Shown in pieces: positions 1 through 22,698 of a stretch of DNA of 64,000 bases. Every line of letters begins with the position of its first letter. The stretch's first letter is position 1. The DNA comes from the human T2T-CHM13v2.0 reference genome, Homo sapiens. The position numbers and the translations under genes are program-made. The DNA is taken from the NCBI RefSeq assembly GCF_009914755.1, contig NC_060929.1; one strand, 5' to 3'. The notes under the pieces were generated by a model. That model was not told the DNA's origin, made no database searches, and was given only the letters and a program-made list of their open reading frames with translations.

Positions 1-499
1 TTGAGTTGATGATAATTCCCCATGTCTTGCTGGGAGTTTGGTTACAAATATATATGTATTTGTCAAAACTTGATAAATGTACACATAAGATAGTGTATTT
101 CATTTTACATAAATTTTATATCAAAAGAAAAATCTATAAATATTAAACTTCACTTAGTAGTATACATGCTGAAGTATTTAGGGAAAGTGTATTGATACCT
201 ACAATTAACTTTGAAATATATCAAAAAATATAACGGGTGATGTGAGTGGGGCTTGTGGGTTAAAAATATACATGATGGAACAATTAATGAGTAGATGAAC
301 AGACATGACCAAACAAGCATGATATTATGTTAATAGAATCTGTGTCATGGGTATGTAGATGGATGTTCATTGTAACTCATTATAAAATTGTAAAATTCTT
401 TTTACTTTGCTGTATGTTTGGAAATTTTTATAACAAAATGTTGAAAATATATATATAATCAATAGACTTCAAAGTGGAGCATAATGGTATAAATACTGA

Positions 500-951
<452 letters not shown>

Positions 952-1669
952 TGACTGCATAGTTATACACCAATATCACTATGCCAAAAGCAACTTAACT
1001 ATGCCTCTACAGTAGATGTTCACTATAGCAGAGGCAGGAGGAAAAGCCCTAGAATAGAGGCCAGATGTTGGGGTTCCAGTCCTCCTCAACTCAGTCTCTG
1101 CTGGCTACTCTCTGTCTGATCCTTGCTGGGCAGGTTCTCTATCTCACCTGTCCTCAGTCTTCTCCTGTGTTAACTGAGGTACCAAGATTAAAAGAAATCT
1201 ACAGCCCCTGCCAGCTCTGTACTTGGTGCTTTTATAAGGGTGGTTTGTAGTTTTTACTTTGTTATGAATAAAACCATTATGAATAATTTTAGAGAGTTAC
1301 TTGTCAAATTGTAAAAATAATAATATTGGCTGAGTGACATAAGATTCAGAAAAATAAGAAAATGTTTAAAAGTTTAAACAAAAAAAACTAATCACACATA
1401 AGCACTCTACCCAAAGATTATAATTGTCAACATTCCAGTGTATCTTCTTCTACATTAGATTTGCAGTGAGCCATGATTGCACCACTGCACTCCACTGTAT
1501 GTACTTTCAAACATACAGCAAAGTTCAAAGAACTTTAGAATGAATTACAATGGGGCCAGGTGCGGTGGCTCACGCCTGTAATCCCAGAACTTTGGGAGGC
1601 CAAGGAGGGTGGATCATGAGGTCAGGAGTTTGAGACCAGCCTGGCCAACATGGTGGCACCCTGTCTCTA

Positions 1670-1940
<271 letters not shown>

Positions 1941-2036
1941 TCACACCTGTTCATCTACCCATTAATGGCTCCATCATATATATTTTTAACCCAGAAGCCC
2001 CACTCACACTGCTACATATTTTTTGATGCATTTTAA

Positions 2037-2273
<237 letters not shown>

Positions 2274-2394
2274 TGATCATCCTGCCTTGGACTCCCAAAG
2301 TGTTGGGATTTACAGGTGTGAGCAACTGTGCCCAGCCTGATTTGTCAATTTTTTAATGTGTTAGTATGAAATTTCTTAGAAAAAAATTCCTTAC

Positions 2395-2765
2395 ACAGGT
2401 TGGGTTCTCCAGGAGCACAGTGATTTGGGATCTGCATGCAATATATTTATTCAAAATCAACACCCATAGAAGGAAGGGAGAAGGAAGCAGGATTGGGCAG
2501 ATGGAAAAGTGGAACGCCAGTGCAGGCCTGGTGAAGTCTCAGCCATAGGATGTGCTACGGAGTATGTATGATGGAACAGAATTGCTGTGCATTAAGACAA
2601 AATAACCAGGCCTTGTAACATGGCTTCAATCAGTCATTGGTTGTGGGCTACCCCAGGAAGCTGAGGCAAGCCCTGAAGAAGCTGACAGTTGGGGGCTGTG
2701 AGCTAACAACCAGACAAGCTCCCCCTGGAAGTGGGATCCATGACACACATCTCTGTGTCCACCAC
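2395..2765. mobile_element. MLT1-type (ERVL-MaLR) LTR remnant
   Basis: MaLR-like sequence ending TGTGTCCACCAC; family from memory, ends approximate. Confidence 0.5.
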
Positions 2766-3929
2766 GGCATATTTTGTTTTGATTTGCATTTCTTTCACTA
2801 TTAGTGAAGTTTTAAAATATTTATAGATTAAAATGCATATTGAATCATGTTTAAAACACTTTCAATCTAATGTACAACCCCTTCCCCAACAAGGGGCCGC
2901 TGAATTATTCCATTCTTTGAAGTGCCTTCAAGCCCTAGTGCAGTTTAGGCAGGAAAGATAGTGATGAGGTTGGATAGGGAGGGAAGGATAGAACCCAATT
3001 GAGAAGAGAGGTTGGAACTTTATGTACTGGCAATAAGACAGTCACCTAATGTCGCTGAATAGGGGGATGTCATGATGAAATTCTGGCCTATCACAGTGAT
3101 TCTAGCAAAAGATGTCAGCACCACAATCCAGCCTTAAACAACACCCAGACAACTCTTCTTGAGCAAGACTTGACGTTTCTGACTTTCTGAGAGTTTGACC
3201 TTTCAGAGTTCTTCCATATCCAATTCTCACTGGAAAACCACCCAACCATGGTGAATAAGTTAAGGTTAAAGATTATGGTAAGCAGCACTGGGCACAGTGG
3301 CTCACGCTTGTAATCCCAGCACTTTGGGAGGCTGAGGCGGGCGGATCACGAGGTCAGGAGTTCAAGACCAGCCTCACCAACATGGTGAAACCCCATCTCT
3401 AATAAAAATACAAAAATTAGCCAGGTGTGATGGTGGGCACCTGTAATCCCAGCTACTCAGGAGGCTGAGGCAGGAGAATCACTTGAACCCAGGAGGCGAA
3501 GCCTGCAGTGAGCCGAGATCGTGCCATTGCACTCAAGCCTGGGTGACAGAGTGAGACTCCGTCTCAAAAAAAAAAAAAAAAAAAAAAAAAGATTATGGTA
3601 AGCAGCAACAAGCGATGGATCAGAAAATAAATAAGACATGTCCGGGCGTGACGGCCCACACCTGTAACCCCAGCACTTTGGGAGACCAAGGCAGGCCAAT
3701 TACCTGAAGTCAGGAGTTCAAGACCACGCTGGCCAACATGGCAAAACCCTGTCTCTACCAAAAATACAAAAATTAGCTGGGCGTGGTGGCAGGTGCCTAT
3801 AATCCCAGCTATTCAGGAGGCTGAGGCAGGAGAATCACTTGAACCCAGGAGGCAGAAGTTGCAGTGAACCAAGATCTCAGCATTGCACTGAAGCCTGGGC
3901 AATAGAGCAAGACTATCTCAAAAAAAAAA

Positions 3930-3963
3930 GAAGAGAAGAGAAGAGAAGAGAGAAAGAAAGGAA

Positions 3964-4041
<78 letters not shown>

Positions 4042-4055
4042 AAAGAAAGAAAGAA
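3930..4055. repeat. (GAAA)n microsatellite derived from an Alu tail
   Basis: Direct reading. Confidence 0.95.
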
Positions 4056-4260
4056 AAAGAGGAAAAAGAAGAAAACAGTGTAGAAGCTATACCTGAACAT
4101 GGTCCAGGCAAGAACCCCACAGCTGGAATTAGAGTCTAAGGAGGCCGAGTGCATTGGCTCATGCCTATAATCCCAGCACTCTGGGAGGCCAAGGCAGGCA
4201 GATCACCTGAGGTCAGGAGTTTGAGACCAGCCTGGCCAACATGGCAAGACCCCATCTCTA

Positions 4261-4452
<192 letters not shown>

Positions 4453-4603
4453 TTATAAGTACATAATAGGTATATATTTTTATGGGGTGCATAAGATATT
4501 TTGATACAGGCATACAATGAGTAATAATCACATTAAAGTAAATGGAGTATCCATCAGCTTGAACATTTATCATTTCTGTATGTTACAAACATTTCAATTA
4601 TAG

Positions 4604-4903
<300 letters not shown>

Positions 4904-5141
4904 TAAAGTGTTGGGATTACAGGCTTGAGCCACCACATCTGGCCCAGTTTTTAGTTATTTAAAATGTACAGGCTGGGCACAGTGGCTCATGCCTGTAATC
5001 CCAGCATTTTGGGAGGCTGAGGCAGGTGGATCACCTGTGGTCAGGAGTTCGAGACCAGCCTGACCAACATGGCAAAACCCCGTCTCCACTAAAAATACAA
5101 AATTACCCGGGTATGGTGGTACACACCTGTAATCCCAGCTA

Positions 5142-5279
<138 letters not shown>

Positions 5280-5913
5280 CTATAGACACCCTGTTGTGGT
5301 ATCAAATACTAAATATTATATTCATTCTATGTAACTGTATTTTTGTGCCCACTAACCATCTCCACTTCTGCCCACTCCCAACTATCCTTCCCACCCTCCA
5401 GTAACCATCCTTCTACTCTCAGCCTCCATGAGTTCAATTTTTTAAATTTTGAGCTCCCACAATTAAGTGAGAACTTGCAAAGTTTGTCTGTCTATTCCTG
5501 GCTTATTTCACTTAACATAATGTCCTCTAGTTCCATCCATGTTGTTACAAATGACTAGATCTCATTCTTTTTTATGGCTAAATAGTACTCCATTGTGGCC
5601 GGGCGCGGTGGCTCACACCTGTAATCCCAGCACTTTGGGAGGCCAAGACAGGTGGATCACGAGGTCAGGAGTTCAAGACCAGCCTGGCCAAGATGGTGAA
5701 ACCCCGTCTCCACTAAAAATACAAAAAATTAGGCAGGCATGGTGGTGGGCACCTGTAATCACAGCTACTCAGGAGGCTAAGGCAGAGACTTGCTTGAACC
5801 CGGGAGGCGGAGGTTGCAGTGAGCCGAGATCATGCCACTGCACTCCACCCTGGATGACAGAACGAGACTCCATCTCAAAAAAAAAAAAAAAAAGAAGGGC
5901 GTGCGGTGGTTCA

Positions 5914-6209
<296 letters not shown>

Positions 6210-8842
6210 TCATCCATTGATGAACACAGGTTGCTTCCAAATCTTGGCTATTGTAAACAGTGCTGCAATAAACATGGAGTGCAGATACCTCCTCAACATG
6301 CTGATTTCATTTCCTTTGGATAAATACCCAGTAATGGGATTCTTGAATCATATGGTACCTCTATTTTTAGTTTTTTGTTGAACCTCCAAACTCTTCTCCA
6401 TAATAGCTGCACTAATTTACATTCCCACCAAGAGTTCCTTTTTTTCACATTCTCACCAGCATTCATTATTGCCTGTGTATTGCTTAAATACAATTTTTAC
6501 TGAGGTGAGATGATATCTCATCATAGTTTTGATTTGCATTTCTCTGATGCTCAGTGATGTTGAGAACCTTCTCATATACCCATTTGCCATTTGTATTTCT
6601 TCTTTTGAGAAATGTCTATTCAGATCTTTTGCCCTTTTTTAATCAGATTAATAGATTTTTTTCCTGTAGAGTTGTTTGAGCTCCTTATATATTCTGATTA
6701 TTAATGCCTTGTCAGATGGATAGTTTGCAAATATTTTCTCCCATTCTGTGGGTTGTCTCTTCACTTTGTTGATTGTTTCCTTTGTTGTGCAGAAGTTTTT
6801 AACTTGATGTGATCCCATTTGTCCAGTTTGGCTTTAGTTGCCTGTGCTTTGGGATATTGCTTAAGAAATCTCTGCTCAGACCAATGTCCTGCAGTTTCCC
6901 TGATGTTTTCTTTTAGTAGTTTCATCATTTGAAGTCTTAGATTTAGGTCTTTAATCCATTTTGATTTGATTTTTTCTATGGTAAGAGATAGGGGTCTAGT
7001 TTCATTCTTCTGCATATGGATATCCAGTTTGCCCAGCATCATTTATTAAAAAGACTGTCCTTTCACCAACATATGGTCTTGGCACCTTTGTCAAAAATGA
7101 GTTCACTGTAGATGCAGGGATTTGTTTCTGAGTTCTTTATTCTGTTCCATTGGTCATGTGTCTGTTTTTATACAACTGCCATGCTGTTTTTATTACTGTA
7201 GCTCTGTAGTATAATTTGAAGTCAGATAATGTGAGTCTTCCAGTTTTGCTCAGGATGGCTTTGGCTATTCTGGGTCTTTTGCAGTTCCACATAAATTTTA
7301 GGATTAATTTTTCTATTTCTGTGAAGAATGTCATTGGTATTTTGATAGAGATTATATCAAATCTGAGGATTGCTTTGGGTAGTATGAATGTTTTAACAAT
7401 ATTGATTCTTCCAATTCATGAACGTGGAATGTCGTTCCATTTTTTTGTGTCCTGTTCAATTTCTTGCATCAATGTATTATAGTTTTCATTGTAGACATCT
7501 TCTCTGCTTTCATTAAGTTTATGTGTAGGAATCTTATTTTATTTTTAGCTATTGTAAATGGGATTAATTCTTTATTTCTTTTTCAGATCGTCCATTGTTC
7601 ACATATAGAAATCCTACTGATTTTTGTGTTGATTTTGTATCCTACAGTTTTACTAAGTTTATTAGTTGTAATAGTTTAGTGGTGAAGTCTTTAGGTTTTT
7701 CCAAATGTAAGATTGTCTCAGCAAACAAGGATAATTTGACTTCTTCCTTTCCAATTTGGATGCCTTTTATTTCTCTTATCTGATTGCTCTAGGTAGGACT
7801 TCCAGTACTATGTTAAATAACAGTAGTGAAAGTGGGTACACTGGTCTTATTCCAGATCTTAGAGGAAAGGCTTTCAGTTTTTCCCTGTTCAGTATGATAC
7901 TAGCTATGGGTCTGTCATATATGGCTTTTACTGTGTTAAGGTATCTTCCTTCTATTCCCAGTTTTTTCTTTTTCTTAGGGATGTTAGATTTTATCAAATG
8001 CTTTTTCAGCATCAATGGAAATGATCATATGGTTTTTATCTTTAATTCTGTTGATATGATATATCACATCGATTGATTTGCATATGTTGGATCATGCTTG
8101 CATCTCTAGAATAAATCCCACTTGGTCATGATAAATGATCTTTTAAATGAGTTGTTGAATTTAATTTACTGGTATTTTGTTGAGGGTTTTTATATCAATG
8201 TTCATCAAGGATATTGGACTGTAGTTTTCTTTTTTTGATGCATCTTTGTCTGATGTTGGTATCAGGGTAATACCAGCCTCATAGGATGAGTATGGACTTG
8301 TATTCTCCTCCTCTATTTTTCAGAATAGCTTGAGTAAGATTGGTATTAGTCCTTCTTTAAATGTTTGGTAAAATTCATCAGTCAAGCCATTGGGTCCCAG
8401 GTTTTTCTTTGCTGGGAAAGTTTTTATTACGGCTTCAATCTCATTACTTGTTATTGGTCTCTTCAAGTTTGAGATTTCTTCATAGTTCAGTCTTGGTAGG
8501 TTGTATGTATCTAGGAATTTATCCATTTCATCTAGGTTTTCCAACTTACTGGCATATAGTTGCACGTAACAGCCTCTAATGATCCTTTGAATTTCTGCAG
8601 TAATCCATTCTAATGTCTCCTTTTCATCTCCGATTTTATTTGGGTCTTCTCTCTTTTTTTCTTAGTTAGTCTGGCTAATGGTTTGTCAATTTTCTTGATC
8701 TTTTCAAAAAACCAACTTTTTGTTTCATTGATCTTTTGTATTTTCTTCATTTTAATTTCATTTATTTCTGCTCTGATCTATATTATTTATTTTCTTCTAA
8801 ATTTTGGGTTTGGTTTGCTCTTGCTTTTCTAATTCTTTACGA

Positions 8843-9188
8843 CAGTGGTTCCCAACCTTTTTGGCACCAGGGACCAGTTTCATGGAAGACGATTTTTCCA
8901 TGGACAGCAGGGGGTGATGGGGGATGGTTTTAGGATGAAACTATTCCACCTCAGAACATCAGGCATTAGATTCTCATAAAAAGCACGCAACCTAGATCTC
9001 TTGCATGCGCAGTTAACAGTAGGGTTTGTGCTCCTATGAGAATCTAATGCCACCACTGATCTGACAGGAGGCGGAGCTCAGGTGGTAGTATTCACTTGCC
9101 CACCCGCCACTCACCTCCTGCTGTGCAGCCTGGTTCCTAACAGGCTACGGACCAGTACCAGTCCATGGCCAGGGGGTTGGGGACCCTG
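8843..9188. mobile_element. MER1 (hAT-Charlie) DNA transposon inside L1
   Basis: CAGTGGTTCCCAACC...GGTTGGGGACCCTG termini; 8-bp TSD CTTTACGA/CTTTAAGA. Confidence 0.88.
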
Positions 9189-10756
9189 CTTTAAGATGCA
9201 TAATTAGGTTGTTTATTTGAAGTTTTGCTACTTTTTTATGTAAGTGCTCATTGCTATAAAGTTTTCTCTTAAGACTGTACCCCATATGGTTTGCTATGTT
9301 GTGTTTCCATTTTCATTTGTTTCAAGAAATTTTTTATTTCTTCATTGACCCATTGGTCATTCAGGAGCATATTGTTTAATTTTCTTTCATGTGTTTGTAC
9401 AGTTTCCAAAGTTCCTCCTGTTATTGATTTCTAGTTTTATTCCACTGTGGTCAGAAAAGACACTTGATATGATTTCAATTTTTTTGATTTTTTGAAGACT
9501 TGTTTTGTGGCCTAACATATGGTTTATCCTTGAGAACAATCCATGTGCTGAGAAGAATATGTATTCTGTAGCCATTGTACGAAATGTTAGGTGAATATCT
9601 ATTAAGTCCATTTGGTCTATAGCACAGATTAAGTCTGATATTTGTTGATTTTCTGTCTGGATAATCTGTACAATGCTGAAAGCGTGGTGTTGAAGTCTCC
9701 AACTATTATTATATTTGGGTCTATTTGACTCTCTAGCTCTTATAATATTTGCTTTTTATGTCTGGGTGCTCCAGTGTTGGATGCTTATATATTTGTAATT
9801 GTTATATGCTCCTGCTTAATTGACCCTTTGTCATTATATAATGACCTTCTTTATCTCTTTTTATAGTTTTTGTCTGGAAATCTATTTTGTCTGATATAAA
9901 TATAGCTACTCCTGCTTTTTTGGTTTCCATTTGCATGGAATACCTTTTTCTATCCCTTTATTTTCAGTCTATGTGTGTCTTCTTAGGTGAAGTATGTTTC
10001 TTGTAGACCACAAATCATTGAGTCTTGTTTTTTTATCCATTCAGCCACTCTCTGTCTCTTGATTGGAGAGTTTAGTCCACTTACATTCAATGTTATTATT
10101 GATGAGTAAAGATTTACTCCTGCCATTTTGTTATTTGTTTTCTAGTTGTTTTGTGGTCTTCTCTCCCTTCTTTCTTTCCTTGTTGTCCTCTTTTTAGTGA
10201 AGGTGATTTTTTCTGGTGATGTATCTTAATTTTTTCTTTTTACTTTTTGTGTATGCATTGTGTGTATGTATTTTTAATTTAAGGTTACCACGAGGCTTGC
10301 AAGTAATGTCTTATAACCCATTATTTTAAACTAATGGCAACTTAAAACTAATTGTGGCCAGGCACAATGGTTCATGCCTGTAATCCCAGCACTTTGGGAG
10401 GCCGAGGCAGGCGGATCACCTGAGGTCGGGAGTTCCAGACCAGCCTGACCAACATGGAGAAACCCCATCTCTACTAAAAATACAAAATTAGCAAGGTGTG
10501 GTGGCGCATGCCTATAATCCCAGCTACTCAGGAGGCTGAAGCAGGAGAATCACTTGAATCTGGAAGGCGGAGTTTGCGGTGAGCTGAGATTGCACCATTG
10601 GACTCCAGCCTGGGCAACAAGAGCAAAACTCTGTCTCAAAAACAAAAACAAAAAAAAAACTAATTGTATAAACTAACCAACAAGCAAAGAGAAAACTAAT
10701 AAAAACCTCTACACTTTTAATTTCTTCCCCCAACTTTTTAACTTTTTGTTATTTCT

Positions 10757-12372
10757 TTTTTTTTTTATTTCAGTTTTCAATATTCACTTTTTTTTTTTTT
10801 TTAATTGATCATTCTTGGGTGTTTCTCGCAGAGGGGGATTTGGCAGGGTCATAGGACAATAGTGGAGGGAAGGTCAGCAGATAAACAAGTGAACAAAGGC
10901 CTCTGGTTTTCCTAGGCAGAGGACCCTGCGGCCTTCCGCAGTGTTTGTATCCCTGGGTACTTGAGATTAGGGAGTGGTGATGACTCTTAACGAGCATGCT
11001 GCCTTCAAGCATCTGTTTAACAAAGCACATCTTGCACCGCCCTTAATCCATTTAACCCTGAGTGGACACAGCACATGTTTCAGAGAGCAGAGGGTTGGGG
11101 GTAAGGTCACAGATCAACAGGATCCCAAGGCAGAAGAATTTTTCTTAGTACAGAACAAAATGAAAAGTCTCCCATGTCTACCTCTTTCTACACAGACACG
11201 GCAACCATCCGATTTCTCAATCTCTTCCCCACCTTTCCCCCCTTTCTATTCCACAAAACCGCCATTGTCATCATGGCCCGTTCTCAGTGAGCTGTTGGGT
11301 ACACCTCTCAGACGGGGCGGCTGGCCGGGCAGAGGGGCTCCTCACTTCCCAGTAGGGGTGGCCGGGCAGAGGCGCCCCTCACCTCCCGGACGGGGCGGCT
11401 GGCCGGGCGGGGGACTGACCCCCCCACCTCCCTCCGGGACGGGGCGGCTGGCCGGGCGGGGGACTGACCCCCCCACCTCCCTCCGGGACGGGGCGGCTGG
11501 CCTGGCGGGGGCTGACCCCCCACCTCCCTCCCGGACAGGGTGGCTGCCGGGCGGAAACGCTCCTCACTTCCCAGACGGGGTGGCTGCCGGGCGGAGGGGC
11601 TCCTCACTTCTCAGATGGGGTGGTTGCCAGGCAGAGGGTCTCCTCACTTCTCAGACGGGGCGGCCGGGCAGAGACGCTCCTCACTTCCTAGATAGGATGG
11701 CAGCCGGGCAGAGACGCTCCTCACTTTCCATACTGGGCAGCCAGGCAAAGGGGCTCCTCACATCCCAGACAATGGGCGGCCAGGCAGAGACGCTCCTCAC
11801 TTCCCAGAAGGGGTGGCGGCCGGGCAGAGGCTGCAATCTCGGCACTTTGGGAGGCCAAGGCAGGCGGCTGGGAGGTGGAGGTTGTAGCGAGCCGAGATCA
11901 CGCCACTGCACTCCAGCCTGGGCACCATTGAGCACTGAGTGAACGAGACTCCGTCTGCAATCCCGGCACCTCGGGAGGCCGAGGCTGGTGGATCACTCGC
12001 GGTTAGGAGCTGGAGACCAGCCCGGCCAACACAGCGAAACCCCGTCTCCACCAAAAAAAATATGAAAACCAGTCAGGCGTGGTGGCGCGCGCCTGCAATC
12101 GCAGGCACTCGGCAGGCTGAGGCAGGAGAATCAGGCAGGGAGGTTGCAGTGAGCCGAGATGGCAGCAGTACAGTCCAGCTTCGGCTCCGCATCAGAGGGA
12201 GACCGTAGAAAGAGAGGGAGAGGGAGACCGTGGGGAGAGGGAGATGGCAGCAGTACAGTCCAGCTTCGGCTCGGCATCAGACGGAGACCGTGGAAAGAGA
12301 GGGAGAGGGAGACCGTGGGGAGAGGGAGAGGGAGACCGTGGGGAGAGGGAGAGGGAGAGGGAGAGGGAGAGG
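10757..12372 (-). mobile_element. SVA retrotransposon (likely SVA_D-like), near full length
   Basis: On the minus strand: CCCTCT hexamers (~12340-12372), Alu-like region, GC-rich VNTR (~11290-11820), SINE-R, poly(A); 17-bp TSD AACTTTTTGTTATTTCT at 10740-10756 and 12373-12389. Confidence 0.96.
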
Positions 12373-12502
12373 AACTTTTTGTTATTTCTATTCATTTCTT
12401 TTTTGTGTCATTTTTTTTTTTTTTTTTTTTGAGACAGTCTTGTTCTGTTGCCCAGGCTAGAGTACAGTGGTGCAATCTCGGCTCACTGCAACCTCTGCCT
12501 AA

Positions 12503-12907
<405 letters not shown>

Positions 12908-14172
12908 TAGTGGAGACCGGGTTTCATCATGTTGGCCAGGCTGGTCTCAAACTCCTGACCCTGTGATCCACCCGCCTCAGCCTCCCAAAGTGCTGGGTCT
13001 ACAGACGTGAGCCACCACATCTGGCCCTCCTCTATTCATATCTTATTGTAATGTCTGTGTCTCGAAAAGTTGCTGTAATTTTTATTTTTGATTGGTTCAT
13101 CTTTTCATCTTTCTACTTAAGATATGAGTAGCTTATACACTACAATTACAATGTTGCAATATTCTGTGTTTTTCTGCGTACTTACTATTACCGGTTAATT
13201 TTGTACCTTCAGATTATTTATTTATTTATTTATTTTTGAGGCAGAGTCTTGCTCCATCGCCCAGGCTGGAATGCAATGGCAGGATCTCGGCCTCACGGCA
13301 ACCTCCGCCTCCCAGGTTCAAGCAATTCTCATACCTTAGCCTCCCAAGTAGCTGGGATTACAGGTGCATGCCACCACTCTCGGCTAATTTTCGTATTCTT
13401 AGTAGAGATAGGGTTTTGCCATGTTGCCCAATCTGGTCTTGAACTCATGACCTCAGGTGATCCACCTGCCTTGGCGTCCCAAAGTGCTGGGATTACAGGC
13501 CCTTCAGATGATTTCTTATTGCTCATTAACATCCTTTCCTTTCTAATTGAAGAACTCCCTTTAGCATTTCTCTCTTGTGGAACAGGTCTGCTGTTGATGA
13601 AATCCCTCAGCTTTCATTTGCCTGTAAAAGTCTTTATTTTTCCTTCATGTAAGCTAGTATTAGGCTACATTCTTAAATATGTTTTTTGAGGAATATATGT
13701 ATATATTTGTGTTGGGTATCATAGGAGTAAAATTTTCTGTATTATGGAGTATGTATGTTCAACTTTATCAATACTTTCAGTTTGCAGTGCTATAAGCAAT
13801 ACACAGGAGTTCCAGTTTGTTCCACATCTTAGACAACACTTAGTATTGTCAGGCTTTTAAATTTTACTTGTTTTTGTAGTTGTGATATCACATTGTAGTT
13901 TTAGTTAGCATTTCTTGAATGTCTAATGAACTTGGACAATTTTTTAATATTTTTGCTGGCCATTAGGCTAGTTTCTCTGTAAAATGCCTATTCTTTTGCT
14001 CGTTTTTCTATTTTTCTATTGAGTGATTGAATTATATGTTTGTTTTCTTACTGATATGCGGGGTTTATTTATACACTTTGAATATGAGTCCTTTTGGGGG
14101 ATTATGTGTTGTAAATATTTTGTCCTACTGTTTGAATTGCCTTTTCACCCTTTTGGTCATGCCCTTAAATGA

Positions 14173-14382
<210 letters not shown>

Positions 14383-14704
14383 TAGTAGAGACTGGGTTTC
14401 ACTATGTGGCCCAGGCTGGTCTCGAACTCCTGACCTCGTGATCCGCCCGCCTCAGCATCCCAAAGTGCTGGGATTACAGGCGTGAGCCACCACGCCCGGC
14501 CTCCTATTTTTAACTTCTGAAAACTTACTTTGTTTTACATTTCAATTTAGATTGCAATCCTCTAGAATTTGTTTTAATTTAAGGAAATGGTTTATTACTT
14601 AAAGTATCTTAGCAAAATAAAAGCATCAATTTTATGCCATAATTAAATTTTTTTAAATTGACATAACATTTTATGGTTGATTTTTTTTTTTTTTTTTTTT
14701 TTAG

Positions 14705-14818
<114 letters not shown>

Positions 14819-15148
14819 TGAGGGATTACAGGCACATGCCACCACACCTAGCTAATTTTTGTATTTTTAGTAGACACAGAGTTTCACTATGTTGGCCAGG
14901 CTATTCTCAAACTCCTGGCCTCAACTGATCCACCAGCCATAGCATCCCAAAGTGCTAGGATTACAGGCATGAGCGACCACCCCTGGCCATTCTATGTTTT
15001 ATCATGTACAACATGATTAAAATTCTTTTTTAAGGTACGATGTAAGAGTAGGGATCAAGATTCTTTTTTTTCTTAAAGATTTATAATTGCTTCAAAGCAG
15101 CTTATATTTTTAAAAAACTTGTTTTCCACTTTGTCATAAGTTAAGTGA

Positions 15149-15619
<471 letters not shown>

Positions 15620-15731
15620 TAAATCTAACATTATAATAAGCATTGTGTCTTATAGTGTCAGTCCTATAGCTCTGTTCTTCTTCAAGATTGTTTTCGCTAT
15701 GCTTGTCCTTTATATTTCCATACGCATTTTA

Positions 15732-17859
<2,128 letters not shown>

Positions 17860-18045
17860 TCCATATGCATTTTAGAGTCAGCTTATCAACATTCACCAAA
17901 CACATATTCTCTTACAAAACTGCTGGAATTTTACCTTAGCTTTCATTGAATCCATATGTCAATTCAGGGGTTTGTCATCTTTATAACTGTGCTTTCCAAT
18001 CCATGAAGATGGCATATCCCTCCATTTATTTAGGGTTGGTTTTGA

Positions 18046-18375
<330 letters not shown>

Positions 18376-18469
18376 TAAGCCACCATGCCTAGCCTTATTT
18401 AGGTTTTGTATAATTTTGTCTCAATAGTGGATATTTTCTAGTTATATTTTTGTTTGTCTTTTTCATTTT

Positions 18470-18665
18470 TATTTTAGGTTCAGGGGTACATGCGCAGGTT
18501 TTTTATATAGGTAAATTCATGTCATGGGAGTTGGATGTACAGATTATTTCATAATCATCCAGGTACTAGGTCTCATACCCAATAGACATTTTTTCTGATC
18601 CTCTCCCTCCTTCCACCCTCCATCCTTAAGCAGGCCCCAGTGTCTGTTGTTCCCCTCTTCGTGTC
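18470..18665 (-). mobile_element. Old primate L1 (L1PA13-16/L1PB-like) 3' end fragment
   Basis: TTCAGGGGTACATGCGCAGGTT...CCCCAGTGTCTGTTGTTCCCCTC motif typical of an L1P 3' UTR. Confidence 0.7.
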
Positions 18666-18916
18666 TGCATCTTTTCGTTTTCTTAGTGGTATCCTTTGAA
18701 GCATAAGATTTAAATTTTGATGAAGTCTAATTTACCTATTTTTTCTTTTGTTGCTTGTACTTCGATGTTATATCTAAGAAATCATTGCCTAATCTAAGGC
18801 CATAAATATTTATACCTATGTTTTCTTCTAACAGTTTTATGGTCGGTGTGGTTTGAATGTTTATGTTCCCCCGAAATTTATTTGTTGAAATCCTAATCTT
18901 CAAGGTATACACACAT

Positions 18917-19254
18917 AGTCAGCCCTCTGTATCTGTGGGTTCCACATCTGTGGATTCAACCAACCGTGGATGAAAAATGTTTGGAAAAAAATTGCCTCTG
19001 TACTGAACACGCACACTTTTTTTCTTGTCATTATTCCCTAGACAATACAGTATAACGACTATTTACAGAGCATTTACATTATATTAGGTGGTCTAAGTCA
19101 TCCAGAAATGAATTAAAGTGTAAGGGGGGGTGTGCATAAATTACATGCAAATACTATACCACTTTATATCAGCGATTTAAGCATCCACGGATTTTGATAT
19201 GCATGGGAGGTCCTGGAATCAATCCTCCTGCCAACAGGTACCAAAGGATGACTG
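18917..19254. mobile_element. MER2 (TcMar-Tigger) element
   Basis: AGTCAGCCCTCTGTATCTGTGGGTTCCACATCTGTGGATTCAACC start and ..GGATGACTG end, TA flanks. Confidence 0.75.
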
Positions 19255-19299
19255 TATATGTATATGTATAAATATATGTATATGTACATGTTCATGCAC

Positions 19300-22170
<2,871 letters not shown>

Positions 22171-22350
22171 TTATGCCCACTTTAATAGCTGTAAAATATT
22201 TCTTATAACTCTATTTTATAAATCCCCGGCATCTATTTAATTCAAGATCAGAATACAATAAGAGCATGAAGGTAATGAGAAATAAGTCAGGCACAAAGAG
22301 AACTTATAAAGGTAAATAGAGCTATTCACTAAATATACTAAGGCCTATGA

Positions 22351-22698
<348 letters not shown>

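Noticed and set aside
3809-4154. Phe/Ser- or Lys/Glu/Arg-rich ORFs
   Set aside because: Translation of the (GAAA)n microsatellite
11290-11820. Regularly spaced GC-rich repeats that could resemble a CRISPR array
   Set aside because: SVA VNTR with no unique spacers, in eukaryotic DNA
10974-11942. 322-aa ORF, the longest in the track
   Set aside because: Antisense reading of the SVA SINE-R/VNTR; a common repeat artefact
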